The notes beneath the pieces are model-generated. The model had not been told where the DNA came from. It worked only from the letters and a program-made list of their open reading frames with translations, and made no database searches. Source: an uncultured archaeon (GTDB lineage: Archaea > Asgardarchaeota > Hermodarchaeia > Hermodarchaeales > Hermodarchaeaceae). Taken from it: a stretch of DNA of 64,000 nt. Positions 1 through 9,958 of the stretch are shown here, in pieces (the stretch's first letter is position 1; every line of letters begins with the position of its first letter). The stretch is taken from contig CAYFXC010000009.1 in NCBI GenBank assembly GCA_964347045.1, positions 1-64,000 of the forward strand, given 5' to 3'. The translations under genes were made by a program, and so were the position numbers.

Positions 1-162
1 CCTGGACCACTGGCGCGAACGCCGTGCGATTCGAATCCGGACCGCTCTGACCGAAGCCCGATATCGAACACATGATGATCCGCGGATTGGCCCGCCGGAT
101 TTGCGGATAGTCGAGGCCGAGCCGCGCCATCACTCCCGGCGAGAAATTTTCGACAACGATGT
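1..162 (-). other. Foreign high-GC fragment of a CaiB/BaiF (family III) CoA-transferase gene; probable chimeric contig end
   Basis: Reverse complement translates without stops to IVVENFSPGVMARLGLDYPQIRRANPRIIMCSISGFGQSGPDSNRTAFAPVVQ, carrying the VENFxPG..RLGLDY..NP.II..SISGFGQ.GP motif. GC is about 60% versus about 40% for the rest of the window. Confidence 0.85.
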
Positions 163-928
163 TAGGCTCTTTGAAGAACAGCGCCAAAGTGACAGCGCCA
201 TCGACGATGTAGGTCCTCTCCTCGGTACGAATCGAGAATCCACTCACATCGTCGCAAGTGCCAAAGGCACTGTTTTAGGTCGGGTGGTTCTTGATGATAG
301 TGGTGATCGCATTGACTGTACTCGACTAGGAACTGGTGGATGGTCCATCACGCCCTTTCTAGATCGTGTGAAAATAGTTGAATCTGATGCTGAGTTTCTT
401 CTTATTGTCGAAAAAGATGCAGCTATGCTTCGTCTAAGCGAAGCCAAGTGGTGGAACAATTATCCATGCATTATAATGACGGCGAAGGGTTCACCTGATA
501 TTGCTAGTCGAATCTTTGCTCGGCGTCTAACAAAAGAACTTAAAATTCCCGCTTTTACACTTGTCGATGCAGATCCATTTGGACATTACATTCATAGTGT
601 ATACCTTCGGGGCAGTAAGCGCTTAAGCTATGAAAGTCCCTTTTTAGCCACACCTGACCTTCGCCTGTTAGGTGTTCTTGGTCGTGATTTAGACCGATAT
701 AATATTCCAAAAGAATGTCGCCTCCGCATGACTCCTGAGGATATTAAACGTGCCAAAGCCGTACTGACTGAACCTTTCGTCGCTCAAAACCCAAAGTGGG
801 TTGCAGATATCCGCTTGATGGTTAAACGGAAAGAAAAAGCAGAAATCCAAGCACTCAGCAGTCACGGATTTGAATTCCTCGCTGAAACCTATCTCCCAAC
901 GAAACTTGAAACTGGTGATTGGATCTAG
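152..928 (+). CDS. top6A: DNA topoisomerase VI subunit A (Spo11 family), 5'-truncated
   Basis: TOPRIM motifs LIVEKDA, TAKGSPD, DADPFG and KAEIQAL. The N-terminal winged helix with the catalytic Tyr is missing, and the first ~17 codons of the listed ORF (101..) come from the foreign fragment. Confidence 0.92.
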   Translation, partial: DNDVRLFEEQRQSDSAIDDVGPLLGTNRESTHIVASAKGTVLGRVVLDDSGDRIDCTRLGTGGWSITPFLDRVKIVESDAEFLLIVEKDAAMLRLSEAKWWNNYPCIIMTAKGSPDIASRIFARRLTKELKIPAFTLVDADPFGHYIHSVYLRGSKRLSYESPFLATPDLRLLGVLGRDLDRYNIPKECRLRMTPEDIKRAKAVLTEPFVAQNPKWVADIRLMVKRKEKAEIQALSSHGFEFLAETYLPTKLETGDWI

Positions 929-968
929 GCTTAACATTCTCATCTTTCTCTTCATTACCTTTGTATTG

Positions 969-3062
969 CTAAATTGTAGAACTAAAAAGCGATTCAAGGA
1001 GCGTTGGTGAACATATCCACTCTTGTCCAACAGTTTTGAAGAGCGCTATAGGTAATTCATGAATTTGAGGGAGTTGTTTGGATGCAATAAGCGGGATAGA
1101 TTCAACCGCCTCATAGAAGTCCGTCACCTCATGTAATGCATTTGTGAAAGGTACCAGACCGCCTATGGGAAGATTCACTGTGATAAGAAGGGTTGAGCGT
1201 TCTTCGTTTTTCAAATCTGTAAGTTGCCAGATTTGGAAAGATGGCAGTAAACGAATTCCTGCGATTAATTGGTTACAAGATTCCTCGGAAGAACAGTTTA
1301 CTAGATTAATGATGCCTTCCGGCAGGGGTGGTCTAGAGAATTTGATGTACGGTGTAATAATCTCAGGGATTAATCGACCATACTGATTTGCCGCAGTAGT
1401 TAGCGAAGTTTCTGCAATCTTAGCTAGTTGACGTTGACTTATTCGCGTATTTTTTTGGAGAATAAGTAGAACTCGTAACGCTTCTCGCGTCAGTTTGATG
1501 GAGGGCTTTTCATAATCTAATGATGTTGTGACACTAGATTCTGAACCTCCTAGTCGAAGATTACTGCTTGCGAGAATTTTCCATTCGATGGGATTGAATT
1601 CTTCCCAATAATTGAAATCCCATCCCCATTCGAATTGATTAATTCGATATACTTTGGTTGATAATCTAAGATCTTCCTTCCATCGATCCAAATAGTGAAG
1701 AAAATCAGAGATAACACTCTCAGGAAGTGCCAAAATTGCATACAGGATAGTGTTTGTCGCCGACAAAGGTGCGTGTAATCGAAAACAATAGGGAAACGTT
1801 CTGAGCTGTTGGCTAAGGTCAAAGAGCTTGGAATGTCCAGTTTGCGTAGCGATAGGAGAAAATAATGCTAGTAGAAAAGGTGAAAGGCCAATTTTTTGGT
1901 AATTGATTTCTCCAGGAACGGAAAGGCCAAACTGTTTTTGTAATGACATAAGATTACGATTGACTGTTCCTCGTGCAAATTGAGTTGCTTTTGCCAGTTG
2001 GCGTTCACTTGCCATTGGCGCCTTAGCTAAACTGAGAAGAATCTTTTGTTGGAGTTTTGTGATGATTTGTGTAGGTTTTATATCCGTTAGCTCTTGCTGC
2101 GCAATAATTGTAAATGAGCCTGTCGGAACTTTGGAAACGAATCTATCGACTCGCTTCAAACGTTTGTAAAGGGACGGGAGGCTGTTTTTTTCAATAAGTG
2201 TCGGTGTCAAGCTTGATATTGTTGAGACCCATTGCAGTTGTTCTGGTGTTGGTTGGGAACCATTCCATTTGATCTGTGACCAAAGCTGGCGTTCGGAGGG
2301 GTTAAGAAGTTCTGTTACTACGACATTAGCAAATTCTTGTACATCTGTGGCACTTTGAAAACTAGTTGGAAGAAATACCCGGACAGCATCACGAAGTACT
2401 AAATTCTTACTAACTACCGGAAGGAAAAGGAATGGAGGATGAACATTCACAATATTGACTTCATTATGATAAGTAGTCCCCCACCATTCATGTTCAGTAA
2501 CAAAAAATGAGGTTAAATTAGGGATCTGTTTCACGCTTTTTTTTACTTTGAAGAGAGTACGAAGAACATGCAGCCCCTCATTGAAATGTTGTGCTAGATT
2601 TCTTATTTCGTATTGCCAAAAGGTGGTAGGATCAAATGCTTCTCGGATAAGTTTCTTTACGTGAGTCTGGAGCGAATCTGGTAATGGTTTATGAAGGAGA
2701 ATATCAGGATTTTGAAAAAAACTAAACTCATGAAGTATAGATGTGAGCTGGGATGGATTTGGGTTCATGTTATTAATTGCCCGTGCTATCAGGCAAGCGC
2801 TATAGCGAGCGCTTGCTCTCTGTTGTCCCATTGCATCAGGAATTTCTAGTGGGCGTTTGAGTAATTCCTCTAATATTTGGGGCTCTCCTTGAAATGTGTC
2901 TGGAGCGACTGCTGAAGCCCAAAGCATAGTATTACTCGGTTGAATGGAATTTTTAAACCAGCTTCGAAGCATTATTTCTAAAGACATGGGGGACTCACTC
3001 ATTACCTTATCATGGCATCGAAAAGCGTAAAAAGGGAAGAGGTCAGGGCGATTAACTACCAA
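969..3062 (-). CDS. Large protein with two tandem Lrp/AsnC-type winged-helix modules and an unknown N-terminal domain
   Basis: QQKILLSLAKAPMASERQLAKATQFARGTVNRNLMSL..INYQKIGL and LRVLLILQKNTRISQRQLAKIAETSLTT resemble the AsnC HTH. Confidence 0.6.
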   Translation of the reverse strand: MVVNRPDLFPFYAFRCHDKVMSESPMSLEIMLRSWFKNSIQPSNTMLWASAVAPDTFQGEPQILEELLKRPLEIPDAMGQQRASARYSACLIARAINNMNPNPSQLTSILHEFSFFQNPDILLHKPLPDSLQTHVKKLIREAFDPTTFWQYEIRNLAQHFNEGLHVLRTLFKVKKSVKQIPNLTSFFVTEHEWWGTTYHNEVNIVNVHPPFLFLPVVSKNLVLRDAVRVFLPTSFQSATDVQEFANVVVTELLNPSERQLWSQIKWNGSQPTPEQLQWVSTISSLTPTLIEKNSLPSLYKRLKRVDRFVSKVPTGSFTIIAQQELTDIKPTQIITKLQQKILLSLAKAPMASERQLAKATQFARGTVNRNLMSLQKQFGLSVPGEINYQKIGLSPFLLALFSPIATQTGHSKLFDLSQQLRTFPYCFRLHAPLSATNTILYAILALPESVISDFLHYLDRWKEDLRLSTKVYRINQFEWGWDFNYWEEFNPIEWKILASSNLRLGGSESSVTTSLDYEKPSIKLTREALRVLLILQKNTRISQRQLAKIAETSLTTAANQYGRLIPEIITPYIKFSRPPLPEGIINLVNCSSEESCNQLIAGIRLLPSFQIWQLTDLKNEERSTLLITVNLPIGGLVPFTNALHEVTDFYEAVESIPLIASKQLPQIHELPIALFKTVGQEWICSPTLLESLFSSTI

Positions 3063-3106
3063 GTATTTGTTCTTGATCGGTTACTCGCCCCAGATTAGCT
3101 GATTTT

Positions 3107-3859
3107 CTAGTCGATATCTACTTCTATGCGTCTAAGCAGATGAAGAATTTTTATCTCAACAGTATTGATGTTAGGAATGTTATCAAGTAGAATGGCAGTC
3201 TTTCGTCCAGGAATTGTAAAAGTCAACCTACCTGAACGCATAAGAAGATATTCAAATAGATCTCGAATCTCTTTGTGAACCATGACGTTGGAGGTTCCAT
3301 AACGCTCTACGTCGCCCAGGATTCCTTTCTTGTAAATAATTTCATTTGGTGTAATTCTGAAGTAGTACATCCGCGTCTTCAGCCATGAAAGGAAGATGAC
3401 GAATACGAAGACAATGAAAAAGGCGAGATAAGCCTCGACGCTTATGAACAATCTAAGACTCGACGGATTGAGTATAAATAAGTAGCCATAATATGTGAAG
3501 ACAAGTGCCACTATCAATACGATAATGACAAGAATGAGCGCCAGAGCAACGACAATGGATTTTCCAAATTCGAATGTTACAATGAGTAAATTGAAAAAGA
3601 ATAACACAAACCAAATGAAAGCGATGGTGAATAGGAGACTTTCACTAAGTGTTGGATCTATAATCAAGAACGGCACAAGGTAGCTTGCTAGGGCAATAAT
3701 GAGTGATACAAAGAGCATTGGATAGAAGAGAACGGTTTTTGGGTATTCGCGTACTGTAACATCTTGAATTTCCATGCTCTCTTCAATTTTCGTGGGCTCT
3801 TCAGTCGGCGTAGTTTGATCTGTTTCCCAAGTTTCTTCAGACATTGTTATTTTCACCAA
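3107..3859 (-). CDS. Membrane protein (about 4 TM) with a C-terminal bacterial-PH-like domain
   Basis: Hydrophobic helices followed by YFRITPNEIIYKKGIL...GRLTF...LDNIPNI. Confidence 0.55.
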   Translation of the reverse strand: MVKITMSEETWETDQTTPTEEPTKIEESMEIQDVTVREYPKTVLFYPMLFVSLIIALASYLVPFLIIDPTLSESLLFTIAFIWFVLFFFNLLIVTFEFGKSIVVALALILVIIVLIVALVFTYYGYLFILNPSSLRLFISVEAYLAFFIVFVFVIFLSWLKTRMYYFRITPNEIIYKKGILGDVERYGTSNVMVHKEIRDLFEYLLMRSGRLTFTIPGRKTAILLDNIPNINTVEIKILHLLRRIEVDID

Positions 3860-3951
3860 GAACTATTCTGTGCGTTATTGGTGTTCCTAGCGCTAATCCT
3901 CTAGATACTACTTAATCTTTACTCCAGATATTTTGATTATACCTATCTAGT

Positions 3952-5028
3952 CTATTCGCCCACATCTTTTTCTTCATTTTTTTCAGTTCTAGACAGTCGA
4001 GAGTCAACTATACGTTTAGCTGCGGCATCAGTAGTGATATGGTCATATTTAGCCAGTTGAAAAACTTGCAGCATTGTTTGCTTAATTGAGTTTACTTTCG
4101 CTCGGGCTTCATCCAATGACCAACCCATTTTCTCTAATCCAATGATTGCCATGGCTCCACCAATGCTGATTATATAATCTGGTGCATACAAGATATTTCT
4201 CTTCACTAGCCTTTCGGCATCGGCCGGTCCAGCGAGTTGGTTGTTGGCGGCTCCAGCTATTGCGGTGCATTTCAGACGAGGAATCGTATCCTGGTTAAGA
4301 ATTCCACCCAAGGCACAGGGCGAAAATATGTCACAGGGAGTATCATAAACGCGTTCAGGGGGGACAAATGGTAACTTGAGTTTATCGCGGAAATGTTGAA
4401 TAGCTGTCTGGTTTACTTCGCTAAACAATACCTCAGCTCCGTCCTTCAACAATAGCTCAATCAATGGATAGCCAACACTACCCGTTCCCTGAACCAATAC
4501 GACTCGCCCCCTAAGCGATTCATTGTCAAAAAGCTGTTTACATACAGCTTGCATGCCACTATAGACGCCTAGAGCGGTCCATTTTCCCGAACCTCCAGCT
4601 CCCCCTTTTTCGAGTGTTCGACAAAAAACAAATGGTGCCCCGGTTTCTGCGATAATATCCATATCAGCAGGAGAGGTTCCCACATCTGGTCCAGCTTGAA
4701 ACAACCCGCCCAATTGCTTCAGCAATGTCCCATAATGACGCAATAAACTTGGTCTCTCATTTATATCGAAAGAGGAAGGGAGCGCGATGACTGCTTTACC
4801 ACCGCCAGAAGGGAAATCAGCGGCTGCAAATTTGTAAGTCATGCTGGCTGCTAATTGAAGAGCATCCTCTAGGGCTGCTTTAAGATTCGGATAAGACTTC
4901 ATACGCGTGCCACCTGTTGCGGGTCCTAGAAAAGTCGAATGAATAGCGATGATTATCCAAGCGCCTGAAGGTCGATCAAAGCGGATAATTACGCTCTCCC
5001 CATTCCAATTTCTTAGCAGCGACTCCAT
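3952..5028 (-). CDS. ldh: Glu/Leu/Phe/Val dehydrogenase (leucine dehydrogenase-like)
   Basis: AIHST.LGPATGGTRM, MTYKFA, GGGKAVI, GPDVGT, VQGTGSVG, PCALGG, GAANNQL, YAPDY. Confidence 0.92.
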   Translation of the reverse strand: MESLLRNWNGESVIIRFDRPSGAWIIIAIHSTFLGPATGGTRMKSYPNLKAALEDALQLAASMTYKFAAADFPSGGGKAVIALPSSFDINERPSLLRHYGTLLKQLGGLFQAGPDVGTSPADMDIIAETGAPFVFCRTLEKGGAGGSGKWTALGVYSGMQAVCKQLFDNESLRGRVVLVQGTGSVGYPLIELLLKDGAEVLFSEVNQTAIQHFRDKLKLPFVPPERVYDTPCDIFSPCALGGILNQDTIPRLKCTAIAGAANNQLAGPADAERLVKRNILYAPDYIISIGGAMAIIGLEKMGWSLDEARAKVNSIKQTMLQVFQLAKYDHITTDAAAKRIVDSRLSRTEKNEEKDVGE

Positions 5029-5181
5029 ATAATCACCCTAGTATCAATTACTAATTCGAACCATTATACACAGCTTAATTCACTTTATAGGAAAGAACCA
5101 CCGTTATTGAATTTATTTTCTATTGTTGAGGTTGGAATGTATTGACAGAAGCGCTCAAGTTTCAGTGTTGTGAATACACCC

Positions 5182-5832
5182 TTAGCATGAGATCGAATTC
5201 TTTCTCCACTCCCTCTTCTTAAATGACACAAAACTAATTATGTTACACCTAAAAGCTGCCATTATAATTCTTTCAAGCTTCCTGTTCATTCTCCGGTATC
5301 TAAACAAAATTGGTTCGATTAGTCCTTGAGTTAGAAATAATGCGACGATAACCCAGATTCCTGCTTGTACTGCGTCAATAATTGCCGTTAAAGCCGCGAT
5401 ATACAGAGGAATCCCCAAAATGAGTATTTCTATTGAGAAGGTGGGTAAAAAACCTCCAATTACGATAGCGGAGAAAATACAAAGGATTATCCAAGATACA
5501 TTGTTGAGTTTTTGACGATAATATGTTGGAATCCCGGTACTTAATCCAAGAGCAACATTGCCTACTAGAGGAATTAAGATTGGTTCCCAAAAAGCTCCAC
5601 TTATCCCAACAAAGGCTCCGCAAAGAATTCCCCCAAGAGGACCCAAAACAAGTCCTACTAGAAGGGGCATGGCAAACCCCGGGGTAATTGTGACAAAGGG
5701 GGAAAAAGTAGGAATTGTTAGTTGACGAAGTACAATGCCTACTGCCGAAAAAATCGCTAAAATCGTGACCCAAAGTGAAAGAGGGAGTTTTCCTTCATAT
5801 AAAGGTTGGAAGGTCAGATTAGTAGAGACCAA
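5182..5832 (-). CDS. ECF transporter S-component-like membrane protein
   Basis: 5-6 TM helices with a GLVLGPLGGILCG pattern. The 3' end is uncertain. Confidence 0.6.
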   Translation of the reverse strand: MVSTNLTFQPLYEGKLPLSLWVTILAIFSAVGIVLRQLTIPTFSPFVTITPGFAMPLLVGLVLGPLGGILCGAFVGISGAFWEPILIPLVGNVALGLSTGIPTYYRQKLNNVSWIILCIFSAIVIGGFLPTFSIEILILGIPLYIAALTAIIDAVQAGIWVIVALFLTQGLIEPILFRYRRMNRKLERIIMAAFRCNIISFVSFKKREWRKNSISC

Positions 5833-5855
5833 TACTTACTCCTCTTAGAAGGCAA

Positions 5856-6614
5856 TCAAGTATCCTTTAGAATGATTTCTTTATCAGATTCGAATAGTTC
5901 TTTGGCTGTCATGACAACTTTATCAAATTCGTCAATAGGAAAAGATTCCTTCTCTTCATCACACACTTGGATTTCGAGGTTTTCTTCTCCTAAATAAAGA
6001 AAGGCAGAGTAATATCCCCAAGCTGAAACGAAAACAAAACTCAATGAAGGCTCTTGAAGGTGAAGGTTACCATCACGATAAATTACAAAAAACTCGTTGC
6101 CCTCCAATCCTCGACCTCCATGTTCACGAAGAGCGGCATCAAGAGCGGTTAAGAATCGTGTGACGGAATTAAGCGAGTATCTAAGACCGTAGTTCATTTT
6201 CCAGCTGTAGACCTCTGCGGTGGTAGTCTCGGTCTCGATTGATTCGCCCTCATATTTGAATTTTACACGTCGTTTAGATGGTCCAAGTGTTGCCTCTGCC
6301 TTGGTTTTAAGTTGATCAATCACTTCTCCAAGTAGCTCTATTTGAGATGAAATGACAGGGAGATCAATATATGCCCACAGGGCTTTTCCTGAAGACACGA
6401 AAAGGTTCAGTATTAGAGGCTCCATGTTTTGCCCTGCGCCAATTCGCATCTCAACCATATCACCAAGCGGGTGCATATGGACTTCCCATTTATCGGTTAA
6501 CGCTTGATGAATATTCGCAAGAAGCTTACCGGTTTTCCAGACAAAAAGAGGACATTGGTAGTTGTTTGCCAATTGTTTTCGCCTCGAGATAATATTGCAT
6601 CTGCAATCGTTCAA
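5856..6614 (-). CDS. Hypothetical protein
   Basis: 252-codon ORF with protein-like composition. The real start is probably downstream of 6614. Confidence 0.6.
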   Translation of the reverse strand: MNDCRCNIISRRKQLANNYQCPLFVWKTGKLLANIHQALTDKWEVHMHPLGDMVEMRIGAGQNMEPLILNLFVSSGKALWAYIDLPVISSQIELLGEVIDQLKTKAEATLGPSKRRVKFKYEGESIETETTTAEVYSWKMNYGLRYSLNSVTRFLTALDAALREHGGRGLEGNEFFVIYRDGNLHLQEPSLSFVFVSAWGYYSAFLYLGEENLEIQVCDEEKESFPIDEFDKVVMTAKELFESDKEIILKDT

Positions 6615-7413
6615 ATAGATTTGATAGAATTTATCTGTCCGTTTCTATTTGAACGGGATGTCAGCAACATCTTCTGTTCTTCGGACTTTATCACTTTCCT
6701 TAATAATGTTTCATATTCTTCATTCGGTGCAAGGGGATGTAAAAAAACGATCTGTCATTCATCGATGTCTAGTTGAAGTTTCTGTTCAAATCCCCCAACT
6801 AGGATAACTGATTTACCTAATTATAGGTTATATAATCCGGACGACACGCGATAAAATTGGAATCATCGCTATTATAGTAGGTGTCCTTTTGATGATTTGA
6901 GATTTTCTTAGTCTAGCATTCCAATTCGTGGAATATGGGCTACCCCTATCAATCTTGACTCAAATCTGGCTTGCAGGTTACGCTAACCTCTGGCTCTTTG
7001 TATTCATCTACTTCATCATGGCCATTCGAGCCTAAACGTGAATTTAGTCTCAAATCTCAATTTAAAAATCATTCACATCGGATTTGCATACTTTGTTCAA
7101 TTTCATTGAATAAAATCTCACACAATCCAAACCTCAGTTTAGAAAGTGCGTGTGCATTTAGGTGTACAAGCGTGAACGGAATTCAAAACTAAATCATCGG
7201 ATGACATGTATCACATCCATTGGTCCCTCAAGTCCTATGATGTGGTCGAAGAGAATCTCATCACCAGAAGCTTTCCGCTCCTCAATAAATAGCATCCTCC
7301 TAAAATAATATCTATAACACCTAGGCGAGTATTGGGATTTGAAAGATATTTCGAAATCGCAGAATCTTCGAAATCCTACCAGATAACGGTATTATATTCA
7401 ACTCTGCATTCTG

Positions 7414-8151
7414 CTAGGTACTTTGTGAATGCGCGGCGATTAGGTCATCATGAGTTTTATTAAATCGCTTTACGAGTTCAGCGATGATACCATCTAGAAA
7501 TACTGCAGCGGCGATTTCAAATTGAGTGCCTTCTGGAGTTAAACTCGCATCTTCACCTTTTTCTTTTCGGACAACATCAACTTTGGTTCGTCCTTGAAGG
7601 TTGATAACAAAGTCACTCATTCGGCCAATCCAACTTTCTGGATAACTGGTTATTGAAATGATGCGTGGGTTCTGATCAAGATAGCTTTCAATAATGGCTT
7701 TCACGATTGCAGTTCGCCCACTACCTGAGATTACGATAATAAGATCGCCCTTATCGAGGTGTGGAACTGACCGACTATTTGTTATGAAATATACTGGAAC
7801 ATTCAGGTGCTCTAAGCGTGTCTGGAACATTTGTCCAACCATTGCTGACCGGCCGCTACCAACAACGAATATGCAATGACCATCCCTTGCAGTTTTTTCA
7901 ATTGCGCTAACGAATTTCGTAACATTCTTTTTGTTTTTTCGGAGGAAATCAATATTCTTCTGAATATTATCAGTTATTAGTTGCATAGCTCGAAGAAATG
8001 TTCCGTCTTTATTACTTCCCGGTTTCGTTGGCAAGGGACTAGTCACCATTGCCCTCAAAGATGTTCTCTTATAAAAGCGCTTGTTTTTTGATTTTGTGTC
8101 AAGGATACTCCTTGGGGTGTGGAAGGGTAGAGGGGTAAGATCATTATTCAT
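7414..8151 (-). CDS. hxlB: SIS-domain protein, 6-phospho-3-hexuloisomerase-like (likely start at 8049)
   Basis: IFVVGSGRS, GDLIIVISGSGRT, ITSYPES.IG..SD, P.GTQFE. Confidence 0.8.
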   Translation of the reverse strand: MNNDLTPLPFHTPRSILDTKSKNKRFYKRTSLRAMVTSPLPTKPGSNKDGTFLRAMQLITDNIQKNIDFLRKNKKNVTKFVSAIEKTARDGHCIFVVGSGRSAMVGQMFQTRLEHLNVPVYFITNSRSVPHLDKGDLIIVISGSGRTAIVKAIIESYLDQNPRIISITSYPESWIGRMSDFVINLQGRTKVDVVRKEKGEDASLTPEGTQFEIAAAVFLDGIIAELVKRFNKTHDDLIAAHSQST

Positions 8152-8947
8152 TTAGTAGTGGTTCAATAAATTGACGTGTGGATTCAACAATCAAGTCATC
8201 TGATAGTGTGATAGAAATTGGGCTGATGACGATTTTTTTCTCTCTCACAGATAAATAGACATCACATGTTTTGAGTGGTCGTGGTCTTTCTTTGCCAACT
8301 ATCCAATGGTATTCCATTCCATGGGGATCTCTTCGTGATCTTAAAATGTTGGTGAATCGAATCCTATCAGGTTTGGCTACAACGATAGGCGTCGTTTCAT
8401 TTACTGTAGATGGAAAGCTCACATTTAGAAAATCTATTCCTGCAGGTAATCCCTGTGTTACTACTAGGTCAATTATCTTCTGAGTTCTTCGGGCGGCTTC
8501 CTGATAATTTGCCCCTGAATCTCCTGGAATGAACCAGGTATTACTTGGTGTATCAATTGAAAAAGCGATGGCTGGTATTTTCCATAGTGCCGCTTCAATA
8601 GCAGCCCCCACTGTACCGCTAGTTAGAATACTATGGGCGCTCACGTTCAACCCTAAATTAGGACCGGACATCACCAGATTAACTTCTGGGGAATACGTTC
8701 GACACCACGTTACAGCATCTCCGGGTGTTCCAGTGGTTTCAATGATTGGCTGGTCGTCGATAGTTGGACCCTCAGTGAATCTAATTGGTTCATTAAAAGA
8801 GATTGCCTTTGATATTCCACTTCTGGGACGATCTGGAACAACAACTGTAAGTTTGTAATGGGGCCGTAACACCTTGATGAAATGCCGCAGTGCTGGTGAA
8901 CGAACACTATCATCGTTTGTGTAAAAGATGTGAGGACGAGTTGTCAA
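8144..8947 (-). CDS. surE: 5'/3'-nucleotidase SurE
   Basis: TNDD, RSGIS, GTPGDAV, SGPNLGLN, SGTVGAAIEA, IPAIAFS, DPHG..YHW. Confidence 0.92.
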   Translation of the reverse strand: MTTRPHIFYTNDDSVRSPALRHFIKVLRPHYKLTVVVPDRPRSGISKAISFNEPIRFTEGPTIDDQPIIETTGTPGDAVTWCRTYSPEVNLVMSGPNLGLNVSAHSILTSGTVGAAIEAALWKIPAIAFSIDTPSNTWFIPGDSGANYQEAARRTQKIIDLVVTQGLPAGIDFLNVSFPSTVNETTPIVVAKPDRIRFTNILRSRRDPHGMEYHWIVGKERPRPLKTCDVYLSVREKKIVISPISITLSDDLIVESTRQFIEPLLNE

Positions 8948-9085
8948 TTTAAATAACAGCTCCGATTATTTGGCTCATTCCGCGCTGTAAATTACTGAAC
9001 TAGTAAAAAAAGAATGTTAAATTCCATAAAAACTTGAAACGAACTGGGAAAGAACTAGACAATTCGCATCCTAAACTTACATCTC

Positions 9086-9958
9086 TCATTTGAAAGTTGG
9101 CTGGATATCAAACTCTTGTACTATTATTTCCATTTCCTCATCAGCTGGTTGCTTCTCAAAACGATGTGCCGCATCTAAAAACTTTGGCAAAAGTCGAATA
9201 TCACCAGCTGTGATCACAAAGCTGTCTTGAAAACCTAAAGCCCAATGCACTCCTTTATCAATGGCTTCTTGAGTCGCTAATGGTTCATAGAAATATGTAT
9301 TGAAAGTCTTGGGGCGTTTCCCCCACGGTCGCCGCGCTATGGATTTGATGGTTTGTACTGCAACATTTCGCTTTTGGCATAGCCCCATTAATTCGTTAAA
9401 GTCAACTGCATATTGAGGATTCTGCATCAGTGAATAATTGTACGGTAATAAAATGGTTTCAAAATCAAATCGCTCCAAGCTATGTTGGTGCATTGTTGGC
9501 ACTTTAATACCGTGACCTGTTACACCCAGAAATCGCACAAAACCCTTATCACGTGCTTCAATAAAAGCCTCTAAGGCGCCCCCAGGTCCCATTGCCTTTT
9601 CCCAACCAGGTGGACTTGTCAAACCATGCATTTGCCAGAGATCAATATAATCAACGCGTAACCTGTCTAATGATCGCTTCAAATCATCCATGGCACCTTG
9701 GTATCCGCGTTTTCGGGTTTTAGTAGCAACAAAAAACTCATCTCGATAATTAGTCAACCATGGTCCGATGACCTTCTCTGCGTTGCCATACATTGGTGCA
9801 GTATCGATGTGATTGATTCCGTATTCTTGCAAAAGTACCAATGTTTTATCTGCTTCTTCCTGATTGGCTTTATTTAACGCCCAAGCGCCGAAGATGACGC
9901 GGGTGCTTTGATGTCCTGTCCGTCCAAATTTCTGTGTCAAAATCATCTCTATCTTCAT
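9086..9958 (-). CDS. Aldo/keto reductase
   Basis: FGRTG, GINHIDTAPMYG, VATKT, SLDRLRVDYIDLWQMH, RFLGVTGH. Confidence 0.92.
   Translation of the reverse strand: MKIEMILTQKFGRTGHQSTRVIFGAWALNKANQEEADKTLVLLQEYGINHIDTAPMYGNAEKVIGPWLTNYRDEFFVATKTRKRGYQGAMDDLKRSLDRLRVDYIDLWQMHGLTSPPGWEKAMGPGGALEAFIEARDKGFVRFLGVTGHGIKVPTMHQHSLERFDFETILLPYNYSLMQNPQYAVDFNELMGLCQKRNVAVQTIKSIARRPWGKRPKTFNTYFYEPLATQEAIDKGVHWALGFQDSFVITAGDIRLLPKFLDAAHRFEKQPADEEMEIIVQEFDIQPTFK

Noticed and set aside
101-151. N-terminus of the listed Top6A ORF
   Set aside because: It derives from the antisense strand of the foreign CoA-transferase fragment.
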